A stretch of 64,000 bases of DNA from Candidatus Latescibacterota bacterium (GTDB lineage Bacteria; Latescibacterota; UBA2968): NCBI GenBank assembly GCA_965208125.1, contig OZ242320.1, forward strand, positions 4,544,001-4,608,000, read 5' to 3'. This document shows, piece by piece, positions 53,674-63,353 of the stretch (position 1 is its first letter; every line of letters begins with the position of its first letter). The notes beneath the pieces were generated by a model. It worked only from the letters and a program-made list of their open reading frames with translations, was not told the DNA's origin and searched no databases. The translations under genes were made by a program, and so were the position numbers.

Positions 53674-55971
53674 ATGGCATTGACAATTGACGAAAGGCCC
53701 GCACAGCCGGGAGAATGGGGATTTAGACCTGAAAATGTGACGACAGAGGAGACGCCACCGGCATTTGTGTGGCGCCCGCAGGAGAATGCTGCGAGCTATG
53801 ATATCCAGTGTGCGCGGGGCGCGGATTTTTCAAAGGTCGCATACGAGGCTAAGAGCGTGACATATACGGTTCACCGCCCGGCAGAAGTGTTTGAACCGGG
53901 GCAGTGGTACTGGCGGTTCCGATTTGTCGATAGGGGAGGAAAGGTGTCGGAGTGGAGTTCGGGGCGCGCTTTTGTGATTGACCAGAATGCAAAAGCATTG
54001 CCCTTGCCCAAACGCAGTGAATTGATTGGGCGCATCCCAAAGAGCCATCCGCGCCTGTTTGTGCGTCCAGAGGATTTGGATAGCTTGCGCACACGGGCAC
54101 AGGGAGATCTGAAATCGATTTACGACGATCTGGTCGCAACATGCGAAGATATTCTGGCTGATATGCCATCTACGAAAGAACCGCCCCTGTATCCCGAAGG
54201 GACTGTTGTTCTGAGTGAGGAATGGCGGGAGATCTGGTGGGGAAATCGGATGTACACGATTCGCGTGTTAAACAGCGCGGCGACGCTGGCTTTTACGCGG
54301 CTTTTGGGTGGGCAGGATCACTACGGTGAGAAGGCGAAAGAACTGCTGCTGGCGTGTGCCAAATGGGATCCCCTGGGGGCGACAGGCTATCGGTATAATG
54401 ACGAAGCGGGTATGCCTTATAATTACTATTTTTGCCGCACTTATACGTTTGTGAACGATTTGTTGAGCGAAGAAGAGCGCGATATATGCCGGGCGGTGAT
54501 GAAGGTGCAGGGGCAGGAAATGTACGACCATCTGGCGACTGAGATGCGCTATTTGTGGCATCCTTATGGCAGCCATGCCGGTCGTGCCTGGCATTTTTTA
54601 GGTGAAATTGGCGTGGCATTTTTGGATGAGATTCCCGAGGCGGAAGAGTGGGTGTGGTTCGCTATGAATGTGTTTGGTGCTGTGTATCCCGCGTGGTGCG
54701 ATGAGGATGGCGGCTGGCACCAGGGATTGCAATACTGGGACAGTTATGTTCAGCGCTTTACGTGGTGGGCAGATATCATGCAGGCGGCAATGGGAATTGA
54801 TGCATATTGCAAACCGTATTTTGCGCGTGCTGGCGATTTCCCGATGTATTTTCAGCCTCCCGGTACGCGGGGCGGCGGCGTGGGCGATTTGACGACGACG
54901 AGAATGTCGGATCAGAATTGCAGTTTGATGCGAACGCTGGCGGCTCAGGCGCGCAATCCATATTGGAAGTGGTATGTGGATATGCACCCGAAGAAAGTGA
55001 AAGAGGAAACGAGAGAGCGTCGGTTGGATGCCGTGGGTGCCGGGCGGTCGCTCTATATCGATTTTGTGCGGGGTGCATTACCAGAAGTGCGCGCGAAAGC
55101 ACCGGTGGATTTGCCTTCTTCAAAATGTTTTCGCGGTACGGGGTTGGTGGCGATGAATTCGGCTTTGACGGATGGAAAAAACAATGTGTCGGTCATTTTT
55201 AAGAGCAGTTCATTGGGGTCACAGAGTCACGGTTTTGACGCGCAAAATTCGTTTTCGCTATTTGCTTTTGGCGAGCGTTTATTGATCCACACGGGGGAGC
55301 GCGATATTCACGGTAGCGACCACCACAAGAACTGGATGCACCATACAAAATCAACCAATTGCATTGGGATAAACGGCGAGAGTCAGTTGCGCAACCAGGC
55401 TGCATCGGTGGGTGAAATTCTGGATTTTCAAACGTCGGATGTATTTGATTATGTGGCTGGTGAAGCCGCTCCGGCTTATGGGGGTAAGCTGAAAAAATTT
55501 ACGCGGCAGATTTTGTTTGCCAAACCCGATGTGGTGATGATTTGCGATACGGTGGTGGCACAGGAGGCTGCGATATTTCAGTATTATTTGCACGCCGAAA
55601 CGGAAATGAATATCGAGGGACAGACGCTGAAAATCACAACGGGTGATGCTGGTTGTGTGGTGTCTCTGCTGAGTCCAGAAAATTTGAAAATCAGTCAGAC
55701 AGATCAGTTTGATCCACCGCCGAGAGAACGCGTTCAACTTACGGAGTATCACATGACAGCAGAGACACCGATACCGCAAGAAGAAACTGTCTTTATTGCG
55801 GTATTGCGACCGCACAGGGCCGGGGATATGCCCGAAGGCGATCCCGTTCTGATGGACGATGAAACTCTGATGGTGCCATTGCCTGATGGCGAGTTGAAGG
55901 TTTGGGTGGGTGAGACATTGCGCGCTGAGAAAAGAGATCAGAACGGTGCTGTGGTGGCAACGTTGTGTTGA
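53674..55971 (+). CDS. DUF4962 + heparinase II/III-like polysaccharide lyase
   Basis: N-terminal Fn3-like domain (PPAFVW...WYWR), HPRLF, DGGWHQG..YW, SHGFDAQNSF, N.I.ING; no signal peptide seen. Confidence 0.8.
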   Translation: MALTIDERPAQPGEWGFRPENVTTEETPPAFVWRPQENAASYDIQCARGADFSKVAYEAKSVTYTVHRPAEVFEPGQWYWRFRFVDRGGKVSEWSSGRAFVIDQNAKALPLPKRSELIGRIPKSHPRLFVRPEDLDSLRTRAQGDLKSIYDDLVATCEDILADMPSTKEPPLYPEGTVVLSEEWREIWWGNRMYTIRVLNSAATLAFTRLLGGQDHYGEKAKELLLACAKWDPLGATGYRYNDEAGMPYNYYFCRTYTFVNDLLSEEERDICRAVMKVQGQEMYDHLATEMRYLWHPYGSHAGRAWHFLGEIGVAFLDEIPEAEEWVWFAMNVFGAVYPAWCDEDGGWHQGLQYWDSYVQRFTWWADIMQAAMGIDAYCKPYFARAGDFPMYFQPPGTRGGGVGDLTTTRMSDQNCSLMRTLAAQARNPYWKWYVDMHPKKVKEETRERRLDAVGAGRSLYIDFVRGALPEVRAKAPVDLPSSKCFRGTGLVAMNSALTDGKNNVSVIFKSSSLGSQSHGFDAQNSFSLFAFGERLLIHTGERDIHGSDHHKNWMHHTKSTNCIGINGESQLRNQAASVGEILDFQTSDVFDYVAGEAAPAYGGKLKKFTRQILFAKPDVVMICDTVVAQEAAIFQYYLHAETEMNIEGQTLKITTGDAGCVVSLLSPENLKISQTDQFDPPPRERVQLTEYHMTAETPIPQEETVFIAVLRPHRAGDMPEGDPVLMDDETLMVPLPDGELKVWVGETLRAEKRDQNGAVVATLC

Positions 55972-56005
55972 GCCTCGCGGGTCTCTGGAAAGAAGAGGGT
56001 GAGAG

Positions 56006-57181
56006 ATGGATGAAATACGCATTGGTATTGCCGGATTGGGCCGTCGTTCCCAACACTGGATTCGCACCTTGCTAAAGATACCGGGCTACCGCATCACGGC
56101 ACTATATGACTGGATTGAGCCGCTGCATGATCGGGCGCTATCCCTGATCGAGTACCGGAACGATGTGGTGGTTTTCAGAGATTACGAGGATTTTCTGGCC
56201 TATGAGGGTATGGACGCAGTCGGTTTGGTCGTTCGCCGGAAGGACCAGGGGACAATGGCGGCGCAGGCTCTGGAGGCTGGCAAGCATGTGAATATGGAGG
56301 TTCCCGCCGCGCATACAATGGAGGATTGCTGGCGGATTGTGACGGCGGCGGAACGCACGGGACGGGTCTATCAGCTTGCGGAACAGACGCGCTACTGGGG
56401 GTTTGTCGATGCCTGGCGGGACATGGTGGCTGAAGGACGGTTGGGGCGGGTGACCTATTGCGAGGGGCAGTATATCGGATATTACGGCACTCGCCAGTTT
56501 TTTCAGGACTATAAGACAGGCGAGCAGTGCAGCGTGGAAGAGCTTTCGGCGCATCCAGAGGCAGAGCCTACGTGGCTGCACTTGATGCCGCCGATTCACT
56601 ATCTGCCGCACGAGTTGAGTCCGATGCTGAAGGTTCTGGACGACCGGGTAATTGAAGTAACGGCGATGAGTACCGCGTCGCCCAGCTATTCGCATCCAGA
56701 GATCGATCAACCAGATATTCAGGTCGCCTTGATGAAGACTGAGAAAGACAGGCTGTTGCGGATGGCGACCGGGTTTACGCAGAAAATTCCGAGTCGTCGA
56801 GGACATCACTGGTACCAGATCATTGGGACGAGGGGATGCGTGGAGTGGAAGCGGTCTGAAAAGGGGTGCCCCCTGATGTGGCTGGCGGATTCCCAGATGC
56901 ACGATCTGGCTGAAGTAGATTGGCGGTTCGAGCGCACGGACGCGCCTTTAGAAGCGCAAGGCAGCGGCCATGGGGATGCAGACTATTACGTCCACACCAC
57001 TTTTTGGAATGCCGTGGTTAAAAATAAGCCTCTGGAGTTCGATGTGTACAGGGCGATGGAGACAGCGGCACCTGCGGTTTTGGCTGCAGAGTCCATTGCC
57101 CGGGGAACCGAGCTGATGAAAGTTCCGAATTTTCGTTCAGACGGGTCGCGGGCTCCCGGGCAGATGCCAGAAGGAGTCTGA
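56006..57181 (+). CDS. Gfo/Idh/MocA oxidoreductase, GH109-like
   Basis: GLGRR, HVNMEVPAA.TMEDCW, EGQY, HYLPHEL.P, GHGDADY. Confidence 0.8.
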   Translation: MDEIRIGIAGLGRRSQHWIRTLLKIPGYRITALYDWIEPLHDRALSLIEYRNDVVVFRDYEDFLAYEGMDAVGLVVRRKDQGTMAAQALEAGKHVNMEVPAAHTMEDCWRIVTAAERTGRVYQLAEQTRYWGFVDAWRDMVAEGRLGRVTYCEGQYIGYYGTRQFFQDYKTGEQCSVEELSAHPEAEPTWLHLMPPIHYLPHELSPMLKVLDDRVIEVTAMSTASPSYSHPEIDQPDIQVALMKTEKDRLLRMATGFTQKIPSRRGHHWYQIIGTRGCVEWKRSEKGCPLMWLADSQMHDLAEVDWRFERTDAPLEAQGSGHGDADYYVHTTFWNAVVKNKPLEFDVYRAMETAAPAVLAAESIARGTELMKVPNFRSDGSRAPGQMPEGV

Positions 57182-57183
57182 GC

Positions 57184-58890
57184 ATGCGTGTCGGCATCTT
57201 ATCCGACGGACCTGATCTTTCGGCTTACCTTGACGAGATTTTCAATACCTGGGGATTGGTCCTGTGCGAGATGGTGGGACCAGATAGGATTTCAGAACTG
57301 GATCCCGAAGATGTGCCAGTTGTGGTTTGCCCTGCGTCTCAAAGTAGCTGTTCTCTGGTTGATTTCGCACGCCGGGGTGGGATAGTGATCTGTTTTCTGC
57401 CTGAGGGTACTCTGGCCGAGGCAGCCGGACTTGTGTATGAGGGGGAAAAGGAAGCGCCACTGCGGTTGCGTGCTACCGCGTACCCGGCTGCGGGCATGGC
57501 GGGAGAGCGATTTCCAATCGTGGGTCCTGCAAATAACTATAGCCCAGCGCCCGGGGTTCAGGTGTTGGGCTATTTTTCATATACAGACCGCTATAAAGGA
57601 GAAAGTGTCGGGATTACAGAAACTGTGGTCGGGCGAGGGAGGATCGTGGCGTTCGCGTTTGATCTGGCTCTTTGTGTCCTGTTGCTGCGGCAGGGCGATC
57701 CGAACCGCGCCGAGGTGGTTCCCGAGGGCACAGGGTGCGCCCGCCCGTCCAGTCTGGCGATTGATATCGGGCCTTCGGATTCCGGCTGGGTTCCCTTTGC
57801 CGACTTGCTTGCCAGGCTTTTTGTGGATACGGTGCGGCGTTACCTGCCGGGGCCTGTGCCGCTTCTGTCGCATCTGCCGGGGACGGCACCCGGCATACTC
57901 CTTTATTCCGGTGATGAAGATAATGCGGATGTGGCGAGCAATGATGCGGAATTCGAGTGTGTGGCAGCCGCAGGCGGGCGCATGAATCTCTATATTATTC
58001 CGAATAGGACAAAATCTACGGCGCTGGATGTGGAGCGATATCGCGTCCAGCACGATGTGGGACCGCACCCGAATCTCCGACCGCTGGACGGATGCTCTAT
58101 ATCGGAACGTTTGGCAGAGTTTGAACAGCAGATCCGAATGTTTCAAGACCAGTTCGATACGCCCGCGCGATCCCTTCGAAACCACTGCACAGCATGGGCC
58201 GGGTATCTGGAACCAGTCGAGGTTATGGAGAAACTGGGTGTGGGTATGGATGGGAATTATTTTTCCGGCACGTATGGATATAGCCGAGAAGATGCGCCGT
58301 ATGCTGCGTTTGGAGGCGCTATGCCGATGCGTTTCTGCTGGCCAGATGGTCGGGTGCTCAATGTTTTCCAACAGCATACGCAGCTTGCAGACGATATTAT
58401 GTTCGGGACCGCAGACTATTCCTACCGGCTATCTCCGCAGGTTTTTGCCGCCATGCTGGACCGGATTTTCGTGGATATCGAGACCCGCTTTCACACGCCC
58501 TACGGGGTGTGCATCCATCCTGGCAACTGGGTGAGGTTTTCTCGGCCTCAAGGACGGGAATTGCTTCGCCAGGCGACTGAGAGGCGATTTCCCATCTGGT
58601 CTTTCGACGAGTGGCTGACATTCTGGGAGGCGCGCGATACGTGGCGGTTTAATGGAATGGTCCGGCAAGGATGTAGGCTACAATTCGCGATTGAGGGAGA
58701 ACGGTCACACGACGCGCTCTGTCTTGCGATCCCAGTGAAAGATTCGGAGGGATCTCTCGTAGAGATAAAGCTGGATGGGGCGAGTACCGGGTGGCAGATG
58801 GTCCGCCGATATGGTGAGGCCTTCGCGCTTGTGTCTGTACCGGTCGGGAGAACGGCTATGTCGGTTAGTGTTATTTATGGCAGTGTATGA
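57184..58890 (+). CDS. Hypothetical protein with polysaccharide-deacetylase-like C-terminal domain
   Basis: YSGDED, VGPHP, RNHC, CIHP pattern resembles NodB-like barrels; N-terminal GATase-like/trimerisation domain inferred. Confidence 0.5.
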   Translation: MRVGILSDGPDLSAYLDEIFNTWGLVLCEMVGPDRISELDPEDVPVVVCPASQSSCSLVDFARRGGIVICFLPEGTLAEAAGLVYEGEKEAPLRLRATAYPAAGMAGERFPIVGPANNYSPAPGVQVLGYFSYTDRYKGESVGITETVVGRGRIVAFAFDLALCVLLLRQGDPNRAEVVPEGTGCARPSSLAIDIGPSDSGWVPFADLLARLFVDTVRRYLPGPVPLLSHLPGTAPGILLYSGDEDNADVASNDAEFECVAAAGGRMNLYIIPNRTKSTALDVERYRVQHDVGPHPNLRPLDGCSISERLAEFEQQIRMFQDQFDTPARSLRNHCTAWAGYLEPVEVMEKLGVGMDGNYFSGTYGYSREDAPYAAFGGAMPMRFCWPDGRVLNVFQQHTQLADDIMFGTADYSYRLSPQVFAAMLDRIFVDIETRFHTPYGVCIHPGNWVRFSRPQGRELLRQATERRFPIWSFDEWLTFWEARDTWRFNGMVRQGCRLQFAIEGERSHDALCLAIPVKDSEGSLVEIKLDGASTGWQMVRRYGEAFALVSVPVGRTAMSVSVIYGSV

Positions 58891-58986
58891 AGCGCGGAGT
58901 TGCTCGGATGAGTCAGAGCGTACCGGGGTTGTCTCTGCCATCCGTTCTTACGCCGCTCGCAGGATTTTTTGTAGGAGGAGATTGCA

Positions 58987-60234
58987 ATGCGTTTTGGAAT
59001 TGCCTGTCGGGATATCGTTCCTCCGTTTCGCACGAGAATGTACGGGTATGGTGCGCGGGTGGACCTCTACGAAGATGTCAACGACCCGTTGACGTTTACA
59101 GCGATTGTGCTGGAAGAGGGGGACCGCCGTGCGTTGTTGGGTGCTGCGGATCTGGGTACATTTCCGAGGCTCGATGAGTTGTCTGGCTTCCTGGGCCAGC
59201 TCGGAGAGATTGTCGGGTGTCCAAGAGACCATATCATGCTGAACTGCTCGCACTCTCACGGAGCCGCGACGGTGTCGGATGAGCGATACAGGGAGTGGTT
59301 ATACGAAAAGATCCGCGAAGCTGTTCAGGAGGCTTCGGAAAACGCGAATGAGGGGACGTTGTGGTACGGCGAAGGCAAGACGAGTTTGCCGTTGAACCGC
59401 CGCCCGGAGCGAGATGGGCTGGTCGTGAATGCGCCCAATCCGAGGGGTACGGTAGATGATCGCATGCGGCTCCTGGTCTTCAGGAAACCAACAGGAGAGA
59501 TTGCTGCGCTCGGGATGTCCGTGGCGTGTCATCCGGTTGCTACAGGGGCACAGCATCTGCTGACAGCGGAGTATCCCGGGGCCTGGAGAACCGCCTTCTC
59601 CAGAGCGTTTGGTCCGGATGTGACGCCGTTTTTCCTGCAGGGAGCGGGCGGAGATATACGGCCCCGACATGTAGCTGAAGGAGATCACTGGCGGGCGATG
59701 AAGCATGCCGAACTTCCCGGCATGGGACGGGAACTTTTGAGGGAGATGTTGAAGATCCTCCTGGAGGCGGACTTCAAACAGATCGACAATCTGACACTTG
59801 CGGGCAAGATCAATCGGGTTGAGGCACCCTGCCAGAGGCTTTATACCACGCGCGAGGAACTCGAGTTGCTGAGGGATCGGGATGGAAGATTTGGTTCTTA
59901 TGCGGAGAAATGCCTGCGGCACCTCGAAGCTGGAGAGAGGGTTCCGGACCGTGCGGAATTTCACGTTCAGACTCTCTGGTTGAACCGGGATTTCGCCCTG
60001 ATCGGCCTCGACGCCGAGCCACTCCACGCTCTGGGCCGGGCCATAGAGGATTCCGTTGCTCCCAGACAGGCGTTGTTCCTGGGATATACGAATGGCTGCG
60101 TTGGCTACGCGATGGATGGGAAGGAGACAGAACGCGGCGGTGGCACGGAGATCGGTACCTATCTTTTCAGGGGATGGTCGGGCCCTCCTGAACCTGGCCT
60201 TGAGAAGTTCCTGGCTGACGCTGTTGTGAAATGA
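58987..60234 (+). CDS. Neutral/alkaline ceramidase-like Zn hydrolase, copy 1
   Basis: DIVPP..MYGY, SHSHG, NRR, CHP, QGAGGD..P, EP, GYTNG..GY. Confidence 0.8.
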   Translation: MRFGIACRDIVPPFRTRMYGYGARVDLYEDVNDPLTFTAIVLEEGDRRALLGAADLGTFPRLDELSGFLGQLGEIVGCPRDHIMLNCSHSHGAATVSDERYREWLYEKIREAVQEASENANEGTLWYGEGKTSLPLNRRPERDGLVVNAPNPRGTVDDRMRLLVFRKPTGEIAALGMSVACHPVATGAQHLLTAEYPGAWRTAFSRAFGPDVTPFFLQGAGGDIRPRHVAEGDHWRAMKHAELPGMGRELLREMLKILLEADFKQIDNLTLAGKINRVEAPCQRLYTTREELELLRDRDGRFGSYAEKCLRHLEAGERVPDRAEFHVQTLWLNRDFALIGLDAEPLHALGRAIEDSVAPRQALFLGYTNGCVGYAMDGKETERGGGTEIGTYLFRGWSGPPEPGLEKFLADAVVK

Positions 60235-60265
60235 ATTGTCTCTCAATACACAAGGAGAAAATGCC

Positions 60266-61561
60266 ATGCGTTTCGGTATTGGCCGCAGAGATATTACCCC
60301 GCCGCTTTACACTTATATGCACGGGTACGCAGCAAGGCGAGATACGAACGATGGGGTGAACGATCCCCTGACATTTACAGCGATTGTGATGGAGGAGGGA
60401 GGCCGGCGCGCACTATTGGGTGCTGCGGACATTTGCACATTTCCGAATGACGGGAGCGTGCTTGACTTTCTGAAGCAAGTTGGGAAAGCGATTGGATGTC
60501 CGGCGGCCAACGTGATGCTCAATGCCTCGCACACCCATGGAGGACCGAGGATACCGGGTTCTTCTCGGTATTGGAGAGACTTTCCTTCGCGAACAGTAGA
60601 GGATTACAGAGATCAGCTCTACGCGCAGGTACTGGAGGCCGCCCGCGAGGCTGCGGATAATCTGATGGAAGGGAGCCTCTGGTATGGGGAGGGGAAGACG
60701 CGGCTGCCGATGAATCGGCGTCCGGAGCGGGATGGCCGGGTTGTGAATGCGCCGAATCCGGACGGACCGGTGGACGATCGGATGCAGCTTCTGCTTTTCA
60801 GAAAGGCCACGGGAGAAGCGGCGGCGGTCGGGGTCAAGGTATCCTGCCATCCAGTTGCCACAGGTGCGCAACATTTGATCACAGCAGATTGGCCGGGGGC
60901 ATGGCGTGCGGCGTTTTCCAATGTGTTTGGTCCTGATGTGATCCCGTTTTTCCTGCAAGGGGCGGGTGCAGATGCACGCCCTCGACATGTGGCCGAAGGA
61001 GACCACTGGCGGGCGATGAAGCACGCCGAACTCGCTAAGATTGGCGATGAACTGCTGGCTGAGACCCTGGCGATCCTCACAGGAATGAATCTCCGTCCGA
61101 TAGATAATCTGACGCTGCAAGGGAAGATTAACGTTGTGCAGGCTCCATGTGAGAAGCAATATACTACTCGCGAACAACTCGAATCTTTGAAGGGTGAAGG
61201 CGGACTTCTGCAGCAGTATGCGAAAGCGGGTCTGGAGCGTCTGGATATGGGAGAAGAGATTCCTGATCAAGTGGCGTTTCAGGTTCAGACGCTGTGGTTG
61301 AACCGGGATCTGGCTTTGATCGGTCTGGATGTAGAGCCGCTTTGTGGCCTGGCGAGGACAGTTGAGGAGATAGTTGCGCCAGCGCAGGCGGTTCTTCTGG
61401 GATATACGAATGGCTGTGTTGGTTATACCCCCGATACAGAGGAGATGAAGCGCGGGGGGTACGAGACCGGTAGCTATCTGCCCAAGTTATGGTCCGGGCC
61501 ATTGAAGCCGGGTCTTGAAGATCTGTTTGCGAGTGCTGTTGTTCTCCATGCGGGAAATTAG
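60266..61561 (+). CDS. Neutral/alkaline ceramidase-like Zn hydrolase, copy 2
   Basis: DITPP..MHGY, SHTHGGP, NRR, CHP, QGAGAD..P, GYTNG..GY.P, GGYE. Confidence 0.82.
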   Translation: MRFGIGRRDITPPLYTYMHGYAARRDTNDGVNDPLTFTAIVMEEGGRRALLGAADICTFPNDGSVLDFLKQVGKAIGCPAANVMLNASHTHGGPRIPGSSRYWRDFPSRTVEDYRDQLYAQVLEAAREAADNLMEGSLWYGEGKTRLPMNRRPERDGRVVNAPNPDGPVDDRMQLLLFRKATGEAAAVGVKVSCHPVATGAQHLITADWPGAWRAAFSNVFGPDVIPFFLQGAGADARPRHVAEGDHWRAMKHAELAKIGDELLAETLAILTGMNLRPIDNLTLQGKINVVQAPCEKQYTTREQLESLKGEGGLLQQYAKAGLERLDMGEEIPDQVAFQVQTLWLNRDLALIGLDVEPLCGLARTVEEIVAPAQAVLLGYTNGCVGYTPDTEEMKRGGYETGSYLPKLWSGPLKPGLEDLFASAVVLHAGN

Positions 61562-61590
61562 AAATCTGTGTCAGATAGGAGAAATGACCG

Positions 61591-62757
61591 ATGAAGATCA
61601 CTGAGGTGGAACCCATCCTGCTCACGGTTGATATGCCGGAAGAGCATCCTTTGCGATGGTCGGGAGGAGAAACAGACAGCGTAAACTGCGCGCTGGTGCG
61701 GGTGCATACCGACGAAGGCGTCACCGGTCTGGGAGATTGCTACGGGCCGGGGTTTGTCGCGGGTGAAGCCACGGCTGAGTTGTTCCGCCTGTTCGGGCAG
61801 TTTCTCCGGGGCAAAGACCCACGAGACGTGGCCGGGTGTTACGAGATGATGTACCGTCGCATCCTGTACTGGGGTCGGTCCGGGCTGGCAGTAGCAGCGG
61901 CCAGTGCGGTCGAGAACGCCCTGTGGGATATTGCGGGGAAAGCGGCCAGCGTGCCGGCATATCGCCTGCTGGGAGGGTTGTGCCACGAGAAGCTGCCAAT
62001 TTATGCCAGCGGCGGTCTGGAACAGCCTCTGGAGGATCTGAAAGCAGAGATGAGAGCGCATCTTGAAGCGGGGTTTCGAGCCGTGAAGATGCGGATTGGC
62101 GTGAATCGGGAACACGATCTGGAACGGGTGGCCGCGTGCAGGGAAGTGCTGGGACCTGAGGTGAAGTTGATGGCGGACGCGGTGATGGGACACAACCCGG
62201 ATCCGTGGACGGCAGCCGACGCAGTCCGGGTAGCGAAGGCTTTAGAGCCTTACGATTTGTTCTGGCTGGAGGAGCCTTGTTTTGCGGCGGACTACGAGGG
62301 CTATGCCCATGTCCGTCGAAATACCTGTATTCCCATTTCGGGCGGTGAGAGTTCGTGCATGCGGTATGAGTTCAAACATTTTTTTGAGCGTCAGGCATTG
62401 GATGTGGCTCAGCCAGATGCGTGTCAGGCAGGGGGCATCTTAGAGTGTATGAAGGTGGCTGCGATGGCCGACGCCTATGGTGTAAAAGTGGCGCCCCACG
62501 CCTGGGGGACTTCGATCACGGTCGCAGCCAACCTGGCTTGGGCATTTGTCACGCCCAATACCGTGCTTGCCGAGTATCCGACCTGGCATTTCCCGCTCAC
62601 AGATGCGCTATTTGTGGAAAAACCGCGGATTGAAGATGGGATGGTTTATCCTCCAACAACGCCTGGACTGGGAGTAGAACTTCCGAAAGAGCTGGAGGAA
62701 AAGTACCGTTACCGACCGGAAGCTTCCAGGCTGGATATGCGGAGAGAAAGAGAATGA
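61591..62757 (+). CDS. Mandelate racemase-subgroup enolase
   Basis: KMRIG, MADA, WLEEP, GGE, QPD..GG, APH, PGLGVEL. Confidence 0.9.
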   Translation: MKITEVEPILLTVDMPEEHPLRWSGGETDSVNCALVRVHTDEGVTGLGDCYGPGFVAGEATAELFRLFGQFLRGKDPRDVAGCYEMMYRRILYWGRSGLAVAAASAVENALWDIAGKAASVPAYRLLGGLCHEKLPIYASGGLEQPLEDLKAEMRAHLEAGFRAVKMRIGVNREHDLERVAACREVLGPEVKLMADAVMGHNPDPWTAADAVRVAKALEPYDLFWLEEPCFAADYEGYAHVRRNTCIPISGGESSCMRYEFKHFFERQALDVAQPDACQAGGILECMKVAAMADAYGVKVAPHAWGTSITVAANLAWAFVTPNTVLAEYPTWHFPLTDALFVEKPRIEDGMVYPPTTPGLGVELPKELEEKYRYRPEASRLDMRRERE

Positions 62758-63308
62758 AATTCGGTACTGATGAAGGACGCCTGATCGAGCAATGGAGCGT
62801 TGATGGCGGGGAATACATGATGCGCACAGCACGCTGGAGCGATCTGGCATCCTATGGAGCGATGCACCGCGAGTTGTATAAGGAGCAGGTGATGGCGAGT
62901 CCAAAGAACGCCGATACCCGGGTCGCAGGAGAAGCACTCGGCGGGAGACTTACGGACATGGCCTGTGGTGTCGGCGTGCTACTGGTCGTGGAGACAGACG
63001 GGCGGATCGTAGGAGAAGGGACGCTTCAGCGCTCCAACGGGAACGATTCGATTACTCTGGGGCTGCTGATTCTCAAGGATTTTCGAGATAAGAGGATCGG
63101 CAGGCGGCTGATGGGTGCATTAGAGGACGAGGCGCGCCAGCTCGGCAAACGGCGAATTGATCTAACGGTCTGGAGTGCCAACGAACGGGGCTACCACCTC
63201 TATACCAGCATGGGCTATCGGGAAATCGGGCGGTTTCCGGATTGGATCCGCTCGGATCTTGCGCCAGGAGGGACATCCGACCTCGTGTGGATGTTGAAGG
63301 ATCTGTAG
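62754..63308 (+). CDS. GNAT family N-acetyltransferase
   Basis: FRDKRIGRRLM, V..ANERGYHLY.SMGY; ATGA overlap with the enolase. Confidence 0.85.
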   Translation: MKFGTDEGRLIEQWSVDGGEYMMRTARWSDLASYGAMHRELYKEQVMASPKNADTRVAGEALGGRLTDMACGVGVLLVVETDGRIVGEGTLQRSNGNDSITLGLLILKDFRDKRIGRRLMGALEDEARQLGKRRIDLTVWSANERGYHLYTSMGYREIGRFPDWIRSDLAPGGTSDLVWMLKDL

Positions 63309-63353
63309 GTTTGCAGGATCAGAAAATCGTATATGAAGAAAAAAGGAGGATCG

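Noticed and set aside
59299-61270. Long antisense ORFs (322 aa and 285 aa) opposite the ceramidase-like genes
   Set aside because: Mirror frames of well-supported genes; their similarity only reflects the duplication.
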